Shown here: positions 1 through 10,600 of the stretch, piece by piece
Position numbering within the stretch: position 1 is the first letter of the stretch
Layout of the letters: each line of letters starts with the position of its first letter
Origin: Perkinsus olseni
Taxonomy: Eukaryota
DNA: 40,861 bases
Reading direction: 5' to 3'
NCBI GenBank assembly: GCA_013115125.1
Contig: JABANN010000305.1
Coordinates: forward strand, 1-40,861
The notes under the pieces: generated by a model
What the model saw: the letters and a program-made list of their open reading frames with translations, nothing else
Database searches by the model: none
What the model was told of the DNA's origin: nothing
Position numbers and translations under genes: made by a program

Positions 1-746
1 CAAGAACTCTACTTGCGTTCTAGTCCATCCCCAACTACACCAACCCCGCCCCTTCGAGAGAGCATACTACACACTGCACTTCACGCCACATAATTCACTA
101 GGATCATCCTAGAATGTTGAACATGGTGTCTCGACGCGTTAAAACTCTGCTTCCCAGCTGAATCTTAGCCGACTTCCATCAGTTATTGAACCAAAGGCGT
201 GAAGTCAGTCTGACTCGAGTTGATCAAGTGAAACCCAGACGAGAAGTCAGAGCCCTCGAGTCTGGGACTACCAGACCCGTTCAGATTGCCCGAGCTCGAG
301 AACTCCGTGGCCAGCAACGCGTGGTATGCGCTGTCGCCTACGCCAAGCCCACTAATAGCGATGAAAGACTAATTGACGGACGCGAGTCTCTCATTGTGAA
401 AATGGATTTATACAGCCGCTCGACAACTGATGGATGACCATCATCAAAGATCGGCGGACAACTTCGTTCAGGCTTGTAATACAGAATCCTCGCCAGGGAG
501 GGGCACAGCCTTGACCTAGTACTTGTAAACAGGATTCCCCACCGTTGTCGTTACGTTACTACCGACGACGGGCTGAGCTTGAGGATACACCGCCTGAAGA
601 GGACAAATCTCGACGAGCGAAATCAACAGGCAGAATCGGGCAACCGCATGCACATCACTATCGGGTCATAGCTGATTGAATGCCAGCACTACCCGAAACA
701 GGCAGCAAAACGCGAGAGCGAGGACCCATGCGTAGAGAGAGAATGA

Positions 747-1145
747 CTAAGGTTGACCTACTCCGTTAGTAGTGGTAGTAGTCGGGTAGACATATGCTGA
801 GGTGTAGGTAACCGTCTGTGGGTTCGCGGCAGCTGCTGCCTTACGGCGGCGATATCTTCGCCAAAACATCAAAGCCGCAACCACGAATATGATCAACGCC
901 ACAATACAGACGGCCAACCAAATCCAGAAGTAACTGACAAGTCGAGTAATCATCGGACAGAGGTAGGCGTTGCGAAAGAGCAGAGAGGAGAGTCCACGCC
1001 AAGCGGCCCTGGCCTACTTCGATACTGTCTGGCACTGGTCTCCCTGCCACCATCTATCACAGACGCAAAAGTTACGACTATTCCCGATGAAGCACACGCC
1101 GTGGCTGCTGCATTGGTTAATGGAAAACGGGGTACAGGTGCTCAT
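747..1145 (-). CDS. Small single-pass membrane protein with one EGF-like domain (2 exons, ~105 aa)
   Basis: ATG at 1145 gives MSTCTPFSINQCSSHGVCFIGNSRNFCVCDRWWQGDQCQ, a six-Cys EGF-like pattern (C..C.HG.C..C.C..W.G..C). GT-AG intron 934-1017 joins it in frame to NYFWIWLAVCIVALIIFVVAALMFW (TM helix), RRYRRRK (stop-transfer) and a short Tyr/Thr-rich tail. Stop at 747. Confidence 0.75.
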
Positions 1146-1463
1146 TGAAATTATGATAAGACTTTGTTCAACTGTCACCAGAAGGACCTCGAGTTTCCAT
1201 AGCATACAGCACAAGCCGCCTTCCGTGACGTAAGGAGGGAGCGATGACGCGGCAGGTGACACAGGCAGGCGAACGCAACAGAAGGCAACGAGATAGAAGT
1301 TGATTACAATGAGGTTGAGAGAAATCGAACATCGAAGCGCGGATATTGATATTGATAATAACTTCACATACACGGTGTATGGTACACGGGAGCTAAGGAC
1401 GGGTCAATGAGCATATCGCGGATGAGATGAGAATGAGAGGCAACAGTCACTGAGCTCGGACGT

Positions 1464-2468
1464 TCAAGAGTGGACCTGAGGCACCATCGCCGCGATCAAT
1501 TCCACTGCAATCTGGTCCGGAAGGGTCTCAATCGACCGGAGGACTTCTGTTACATTCATGATGGGCCTAGTGAGGAAGCAGCCCTTCGGGCGGCCTCCCT
1601 CCCTGACGGTATCCTCGATTTCCTGCTGCCTGGCCAGAACTTGCTCACAGCCAGAAAGCCTGATAAACACATTCCGTCACGAAACGTATCACTGGCCAAC
1701 CGCCCCACTCCGAACAAGGACACGCCAAAGCTGAGCGGTCGAGATCGACCCCACCTTTGATTGAGCAAGCGGTCTTCGACCTCTCCAGTGATAGCTCTCA
1801 GTGCCTGCACCTCCGCTTCGAGATTGCGCGAGAGCCTCCTCATATCGAACTTGGGTTCTTGGTCGTCCGACAGGTTCTCTGCTAGGGCACTCATGGCTAT
1901 TCTTCTTCCTGTGATCAACTCACCCTCCTCCTCTTCAACAGGAGAGGCCATGTAGGGGCTTAGCACCGAGGACCTCCTGCGGGCAAGCTCTCGAGTGACC
2001 GTCTCGGACTCGTCCATGGATTGATGCCTTTCTAGAATGGCCCTGATGCCGGATATCCTAAACACGGGCAGTATTGAGAATCCACAAGAAGCAGCAAGAG
2101 GAGAGCTCCCTCTGCAGCGCTGGATCATTATAGGCTTTGGTTCTTCGTTACCTGTGATTGACAAGCCTATCACTGGTAGACTGAAGTTCCCTCTCTAGAT
2201 TGTCCAGCTCGCTGATCAGCTCCAGACTCCTTCGCCGCATATCGAATGGCGGATCGGAGGGCTCGCCAGCAGAGCCTAGGTGGCATCAATGGCGATCAGC
2301 AGGGCAAGGGAGGAGGCCTCTGAGCTCATCACCATGTGCCGGACTTGATATCGATGGTGCGCGGGTTCTGTGAAGCTGCTCCTTGAGGAGCCTGTTCTCC
2401 TGCTGGAGATGCAAGATTGCACGGCGCATGCTCTCCAGCTCGTTGTTGATAGCTACTTGATCAGCCAT
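1464..2468 (-). CDS. Hypothetical coiled-coil protein with two internal ~50-aa repeats (multi-exon)
   Basis: ATG at 2468 (MADQVAINNELESMRRAILHLQQENRLLKEQL, heptad pattern). Exons join through GT-AG introns at about 2278-2332, 2058-2151 and 1660-1754. The 3' end is uncertain: stop at 1464, or near 1528 if a further 41-nt intron is used. Confidence 0.65.
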
Positions 2469-2712
2469 AGTGTGAGGAAAGGCAGACTACCGAATGGGAG
2501 GACGTGATTTCCATGTACCCTCATCAAAGCGTTTGGGCCCGCGTGCAGCGGATCGACTGCACGCATGCACACAGAGAGCGCGAGGAGGCTAGAGCCTGTC
2601 TCTTCCGTACAGATTTCGATTGGCCACCAACACAACTTGAACATGCTCGCACGTCATAGGTGTGACTTAGGCGCTCTTGGGAATGGGTGGCGCAGCAGCC
2701 AACGAGCTCGGT

Positions 2713-4437
2713 CTAAACTTGGCAGTGGGTGAAGGAAATGACAACCTCTGCGATCATGTCTGTATCCGAGAAGTGTATATCTCGTTGAAACAGCCTACAC
2801 GCGTCATCTTCCACCAGACGGTCGTATCTGAAGGGAAAGCTCGGAAGGCGGTTTTTATCTGTTGGTACTCACGTGCCCTGGTCGAAGCAGATCATATAAC
2901 CGCCAAGTTCGGCACATGCTATATGCAGCCCGCCCCCTTCCGGTGTATCCTCATCGAGCCGACTCACCATCTGCGGTTGCCGAGGCGTGATGAAGGCGAT
3001 TTCCCCCCTGAGGTGATGAATCTCGAACTCTGGCTTGCTCAGAAGCCCACCTTTGGCAGATGAGAATGTTGTGGGGTATGTCAAGCCTCAACAGCACTGA
3101 GACGATCGACCACAGCCCATGAGCCATCGGGCGCTCGCTGCCTCCGTCTACGGCCGTCAGACGGAAGGTGTAGGCCTGTTCAGGGTACAGAAAAATCACA
3201 GAGTAGTCTCTTCCAAAAGCGGTGGCATCGACTTCCGCACGCAAAAGATTCGTTCCTTGATTCCATTTTGTCGTCCGTCCTACAGGATAGTCGAGCTCCT
3301 CCAGCTTGAGGAAAGAGGTCGTAGCCAGGATAAGCTTCGGCTCAGCCAACTCGATCGGCATCCGTCCGAACGGAGGCTCCCGCAGCGGAATCATGCAGCC
3401 TCCGGAATCCAGAATTCGATCAGCTACCTCTGGTTCAGCTGACAGATGATATGCTCCTGTGGCAGAGCTGAGGACGCAGAGGAGCGATGTATCACCGGGA
3501 GGCTCCCGATCCTGGCGACCCGAAGGCCAGAAAACGTGGAAGTGCAGATGGTTAACGCTGGCCCAGGCCCCGAGGGAATTGAACCTATAATTCGACTACA
3601 ATCAGCAAACTAAGTGCGCCGAAGCGTCCGCTATCGAATATGATCGGCTTGACGAGATTACGTCACTTTCATGTCGTCCCTGTCGGCATCTGCAGCGCGC
3701 GCAAAGGCGATTGCGACCTCCAGAGCATCTAGGGTGAGAATCTGCGGCCTGTCGGGAGCCATCGACCTTCCGATAGCATCTCCTCAACCCACCTGCAAGC
3801 CTTGTACTCGGGGCACAGCAGACAGTGGCCATAAGCCAGAGGAGACACGTTAACAAGAAGAGCGTGAGCACCGGTGCCGAGTGTTCCTGCGCCAAACAAC
3901 GGTAGGACACTTCACTAGCAGGTGCAAGCTACCTATGACTTCGTCGTCTTTGACGCGGGTGAAGTTGAAATCTTCAACTGCGAACGGTGAATAGGTGAGC
4001 TGCCTGCCTTCATTCCGTTCTTTGTGCCCCTCGTTATTCGTCTTCCGCTTCCTGTCTGTCCGCATGAGATGGATGCCTTTGAAGAAGCGATGCGAACCAG
4101 CGATGGGACGTATCTACTCAGACTAGCTTTGCCGAGGTGAAATGAGCCGACTCCCAAGTGCGCCTCTGCTGTCCCGATCGCAATATCGGCAGAGCGCTTG
4201 ACTAGGCACTACGTCTACGCGGAAGCGGAGGAAAAATTCGGAATAGCTATCCTTCAGCCTCCTAGTAGCGCATAGTGCCGCACACATCGTTTTCTACTGA
4301 GTAGGGCATTCACGTAACCCTACGCGATATCCCGCCATGGTGGACCTGAATGGCCCGCTCTCGGCCTCCGCCAGTTCGTCCCAGCGCCGCAATATCCGAT
4401 TCTGCCAGCTCCCACTAAAGTCTAGCTCGGAAGGCAT
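2713..4437 (-). CDS. GDPGP1: GDP-D-glucose phosphorylase / GDP-L-galactose phosphorylase (GDPGP1/VTC2 HIT family), multi-exon
   Basis: The spliced translation has the family motifs in order: ILRRWDELAEAESGPFR, IRPIAGSHRFFKGIHLMRTDRKRK, PFAVEDFNFTRVKDDEVI, NVSPLAYGHCLLCP, RPQIL, FNSLGAWASVNHLHFH (HIT motif at 3536-3550), MPIE, DIPHNILI, PRQPQ, ACAELGG, YDRLVEDDACRLF. The exact 3' end is uncertain. Confidence 0.88.
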
Positions 4438-4651
4438 ACACCGAACCCCCACTGCAAAGGTTCATGGAACCCGGGCCATCGAGGTCACCTGCTGCTAGTG
4501 ACGATCCAACAACGCGAGACAACAAAGCCTAATGAAATCTGAAACTGTTGATGGGGATGCTGCGGGGAGGCTGAACAATCACAACCGCAACATTGAAACC
4601 AGTCGGTGTCTAGTGCAAGTATGGCAATGAAGAGGAGATACGCTCGAGCGG

Positions 4652-7600
4652 TTATGGCTGGGTCTCATCCAAAGACTTGTCCTCCCACTTCAACACTCCA
4701 TCAGCTCGGAGCTGCACACCACCTCGCGAGTCCCGGGTCCTGAGGACGGCAGTGCGAGCGAGCAAACTGATTACTGGCTCCAATAGCAGCCCTACGCTTA
4801 CCCATTGCCACCGGCGAACATTCGCTTCCTCTCATCTTCGGAATCACTGCCACCGGCAAAACCAGGCCCCCATAATTTGGCACCGATAACATTGAGCATA
4901 GAACTGGAGCCCACTACTTGCGATATATTGGCTACGATAACCTTCTTGTACTCGTCACTCAAGATCTTCGACAGACCGGATGCCGGGCCTACAGTAGCAG
5001 GACAGGATCATGACGGCGGGCCTCCTGGGAGTGTCTAATCTACCTCGGTAAGGTCGATACATGTGGAAGGCTTGCTGCGGCAACACTAGCTCCGAGCCCT
5101 TGAGATCGAGTGTATCCCCAAGGGTAAGCAGACTGAGTAAAAACTTCATGTCTTCGGGGAGAAACTGACTGTCGTCTATGTTGAATGAGCACCTACGAAG
5201 ACGGCAATACAGGCCAGCAAGTTCGGGTGGTCATCTTACCAGAGCCTGAGGCTGATCTGGGAGATGGTCAAACGCTGTAGCTTGAGTACACGGCCCAATT
5301 GTGCCGGTGTTGTGCACAGATAGTGATACCTGAATGGGGGAGAAGAGAAGTGGCCCACTCTACAGAATAGAAATTGATTTCCTACGGCACTCCTGCTCGG
5401 GCGGCAGCACTGGATATGGTCAGTGAGGAGAGGCCACCGCTGCTGGAGCCCATGGCTGATATCAGTGCTCCTGTGAGGGCGGTCAGATCATCGAGGGCTC
5501 GCGTGTCCAGCGTCAGTGTCAGCGGTGGGACAGTCACGCAAACGTCGCGGAGATTCTGAACAGCAGCAGGATGGCGCCACCGCGCTAACGATGAACGAAA
5601 ACGCTACAAGATCTCGGCCATGACGAGCATTGAGCAATATCCCACTCAGTCCCAGGCCAGGCGCCGCCTGCGACTGTTTCCCAGACGACAAGATGAGCAG
5701 GTTCCTCGGGACATGCTCCAGTCTGATACCCGCCATTCGGAAGGACCGGAGCACCTAAAACACATCAATCGTACTCGAGCAACGGAGGCAACCAGAGGCT
5801 CTCACCAAAGTGTCAGAATGATCAGCGCCACCTTCCACACCGCAGCTCGCTATGATCGAGGCTTTACTCGCACCACAGTAGCTGAGGACAGGGAGACGAA
5901 ATCCACACGACCACCGTCACGGACAGGCGCCAGTCGGGGGTCACTCACAAAAGCTCCTCTCTCCTTCTCCGTATCCTCCGGGCCTTCGAGCCGGGGCCGA
6001 ATACTCTCACACCGAACTCACCAAGCTGGAGCTTGAGTGACCACGCCATACCGCCCTGACATACGGAGACCCCAATAGCTCAGTCCAACGTGAACACCAG
6101 TGTCTTGATGAGCACGTAGATGAGAGTACGTCCCCGGATGCCTCACCTCAGCTGTGCTACTGTCCGCTGCATGATCACCGATCTTGTTGAACGCCGCCAG
6201 ATGTAGGTTTGGATTGTATGGTCGTAGCCGTACCAGTACTCCGCCCTCACAGGAAGGCGAAGGGAGTATCTGAGAAGCCTCGCTACGGAGCCTGCGACCA
6301 AGGAGACCACCGCGAAGTCTGGAAGTAGTGTCGAAAAATACTTGGAGTGTTGTGGCGGGGAAGCCTTTCCTGGTGATCGGCATGCTGCTGGGGCAATCAT
6401 CAACATCGATTCGGTACAACGACGATACCTTGAGAACGGAGTTAGTCCACAGTAGCCACGCGAACACGTACATTTTTCTCGAACTCCACTCTGACGAGTA
6501 GGTAATGCTTCGTTCTGAAGGGGTCGCAGAATCCAACTGACTTAGTTGAATCCACGGGTATCTGCGGACCAGAACAAGGAGAATTCCGAATAAAAGAACC
6601 CAGCGGGTACGGGGACTCACATGAGTAAACGAGCTTTGGGTTGGGTCGTCTTCCGGACACACTAGGATGGACTCCAGATGGTAGCACCTGTCGTTGTACA
6701 CCTGAAAGAGCAGCAACAGTTATGTCAAGGAACTACTGGCAGCAAGATCAACGACGCCGACCTGCAAGCATGACTTCTGCTCCTTCTTCCCATCACCACC
6801 ACCATCGTCAGCAACCTCATAGACAGCAACATTAACGACGCCACGACTCACAGCCACTTCTACAGTGAGTACCGAGACCTGAGGTAGCATGTGCGTGATG
6901 CCTGTCCGCCGAGGCTAACCGCGACCAACCCTCACCTCCAGTGTGAGGTCGTTGTGGACAGTCATCGGATAGACACCGGCATGCGACTCTCTGGGTATGA
7001 TGGGGCCAGTGGGCTGCCATCCAGAGGTCTCTCCGCTCGAGGGGTCAGCATAGACCACTTGCAGCAGCCGATCCTACCGTCGTAACAACAGTAAAGGGCG
7101 TAGCTTTACTCGCTGGCTTACTCGTCTGAGGTCCGACCAATGTACGGGTGAGCTCTCCATAGGAGCAAGGAGAACGCCCTTCTCGTTCAGCTGGGACACC
7201 TTCAAGCACTTGGTAGTCCGATTGAACCTGATCACAGCAGAAGTGAACTCTGCGGCGATCGACAAATAATGCTTATCGCCCACGCTTGACGATGATAGAG
7301 AAGAAGTGACTTACACGATGATACCGGGCACGGCAGTGATGACAGTTGACCGGACAAGGTTGAGAGGGAGAGCGTCGGAAGTCGGCACCTGGAAGGGTCG
7401 GTCGCTGACGACCGCGTACACGCAGCACGAGAGTCTGACCATAACGCCACTGCTCGGCCTAGGGGAAGTGTCGTCTTCAGTCTGCTTCTCCACGACGTCT
7501 GCCTGTAATACCACACTCGAGCCGCCCAGCTCCACCTCGCAGGAGTCCCTCGAGGAGAGTGGGACTAGCACTCGTCGCCTGAATAAGGGTGCCTCAGAGG

Positions 7601-10600
7601 CTCCTCCGCCCAGCACCACTGGTTTGTGGCAGAAGCAGGAGCTTACCACTGGCCTCCTTGGAACTGTTGACTCCGGTTGTCTACGAAGCCGATAGTCAAA
7701 GAGAGGCCGCCCTTCTTCCTGTCCTCCACAGGCGACATGTGGTAGAGGTCCTTATCAGAGGCCAATGATGGTGACCGCACCAGATCGTTCACCTGACGCT
7801 GTTAGGCATAGCCAAGGCCAGAGACAATTGCAACTTACTGCCGGTTGCATCGGGTATACGTCGATGCCCTCGACGGAGTTGACGAACCAATTCTTGCTGA
7901 ATAGTGTGAGCTGCTGGCAGCCATCGGGGCCGCTCGTCACAACCGCCGAGACGCAGACACTGACGCCAGCTCCGTTGACCACCGGTAAGTCTATCGTCTA
8001 AAAACAGCTTCAACATCCGCTCCCTCAGACATCATCCGCATGACCCTACCTGTACGACGTTGAGGTCCGCTTCATCGTCGATGAACGTTGGCCGGCCCCA
8101 GTGAGTTCCGCGGGAGGAGGAGCCCGGCACTCGGACTCTCACGAAGGAGGCGTCGATATCAAATATCGGTATCGAACCTGAGCCTGACGGGCCGAGGCGG
8201 AGAACCTATGGACGAAGGGATGATGAGCGAAACGAGTGGTACGGGCAACGCTTACATGAGGCTCCCTCGCCTGGCTGGCAGTGTTCACTTCCACGTCCAC
8301 ATGCATGGGACACTCGTTGGTCACAAGAGCTATCGGGAGCAATGATATCATCCTCGACGCTCCGTAACCAGCCGAGACATGCTGGTCCGCCGCAGATTCA
8401 TCTTCGTCGGAGGACGATGACGGTGCACTGCTATCAAGGCCATGCGCCGGGGAGTATTGGCAGTTGACGTACCTGAAAAAGCGATGGACAACGAAGGCCC
8501 GGGGAGCGACCCTTACATGAGCTCATAAGGGTTACTAAAATTACGACAAGACATCTTCAGCCGGCGAGTCCTCGGAGTTGCCGCTTTCCCGACATTGAAG
8601 GCACAGGGCAGAGGCTCACTGCGCTCCCAGTTACCATCATCGGGTTGGATCGAGAAGCCTCCACCCGCGTGGAAGATGGAGCTTGGCACGCCGATGAAGT
8701 CCCTGGGCTCCAGGAGGAAGTAGCCTTCTCGGTCACAAACGACATCCCCAAGCGACGTCGTGAGAGACGTTGGCTTGACGATCTCTGACTCGCCGGTGTC
8801 CGAGACGTGGGCCTGTAGATAGACTCGCAGGGGTATGCGGGTCCTGAGACAGCAGTCCGACGATCGTCCAAAGGACCCGATGGACCTACATGTTGGCTAT
8901 CCGCACAGGCCCACTGAAAACGAGTAGCTTGCGTACAGGGGATAAAGCGACCACCTCAGCCTGCCAGTTGCCGTTAGTCGCCATCGAAAGCTCGTTCTCA
9001 TGGAGGAGCTGTGCAGCGCCCGGGGAGTCGCCCTCGACCACGACCTCCTCCATAGTAGCACCGCGGAACAAGTGGTCGATGCCGATGTGCTTGGAGCCGG
9101 GCTGAACGGTCTCCTTCGCTACACTATCGCCCACCAGCACCAGTGGCGTGTCGGTAAGGTTGACCACTTGTAATGCATCATCGGCCTCGTGTTCGACAGG
9201 CTGGCGGCTCCCTATCGTGAACTTTTTCTTGGACGAGAACTGTGGGAGGAGGTCATGTAAGACACTCAAGCACATCGGTGAGATTATGAGATCCGAGCTC
9301 GAGGCTTCAGGGGAAGTCCGCATGTCCACGCGGATGATCCGGCCTTCTGGGTCCTCACGATCGCTCATGCGTTGTATCTGTGAAAAAAACTGTGGCACCG
9401 CCGCCGTAGGCAGCTATCGGACCCACCTCGACGTTGGTGGTGAGGGGCAGCAGCAGAGGCTCCCACTCGCCCATCTTGTAGTTGATGACGCTTGCTCGAC
9501 TGGTCACGTCTGCAGCAAGGATCTTGAAGACAGGTGGCTGGCGAGCAGCCCCCGCAGTCAGCCTGGTGCCCTGCTGGTAGTAGATCGACAAGAGCTTAGT
9601 GCCGACCCTGAGCCTGATGGCCGGTCTCGAGAGACCACTGGTAGAGCAGTACACGAGCTCGACCAGGAAATGCGCCCCGGGGGCGAAGAAAACTGCTACT
9701 GAGACCTCCAAGACTTGCGAACTCGGACCTGACAGAGAGGACGGTAGTGAAGCTGCTGCAACCAGCACAGGCGAGACCTACGCGAAGAGGCTTTGATTCC
9801 ACGGCGAAGTTCTCGGAGTGTCTTCTTGATACTGGCGACGTCAGGACCCGCCAAGCTCAGCGCCAGGGCATTCTCGAAGCGCACGGTATCCAGCAGCACG
9901 CTGATCTTCTCGCCGGGGATACTGACGACCTTCCCTTCCACAGTGACCAGCGTGCCCTCGCGATTCTTCAGTACTCGCCTCGGCGCGACATCGGTAGACG
10001 TGGCCGAAGTTAGAGAACTAATTTTGATCGCACTGGTGAGGTTGATGATAGTTGGTGAAGCTTCGGCCTCCCCAGTCTGCTCCGTCTCGCCGGCCGTGCC
10101 CTGTTTCGAGGCCTTCGCGTCAACGTCAATCACGACTCGAAGAGAGGACCCATCGCTACTGTACAGGTTCAGCCCGATGCTGTCTAGCTGAATGTCCGTG
10201 TCCGGCAAGAATCTCAGGAATCGCGACCTAGTGCGGCGCTTCGGCATGGACCCCATCACGTCGGCTACTGAGCATGCCCTTGAAACAGTACGCAGACCCT
10301 CTTCAATGGCCGACGACAAGGCGATATCGATACCATGGCGGCTCGCAATTCGTACCGCTGGTGACTCCGCAAGACTGAACGTGGTGGTAAGGCTGGCGCC
10401 TTCCTCCTCCTTGCCTGCCGACAGGTTGATGAACGTATAGTTGGCCACCTTCGCAGTAGCCTGGCCAATCGCCAGCTGGGCTTTCATGCTACGACGGCTA
10501 GTGGTGACTGCCAGGGACTTCGCCGATACTTCAAGTGGATGGGCACCCTCGTGCGTGACAAGGCAGAAAGAGATCTCCCCAAGGCCCGTTCGAAGTTCCA

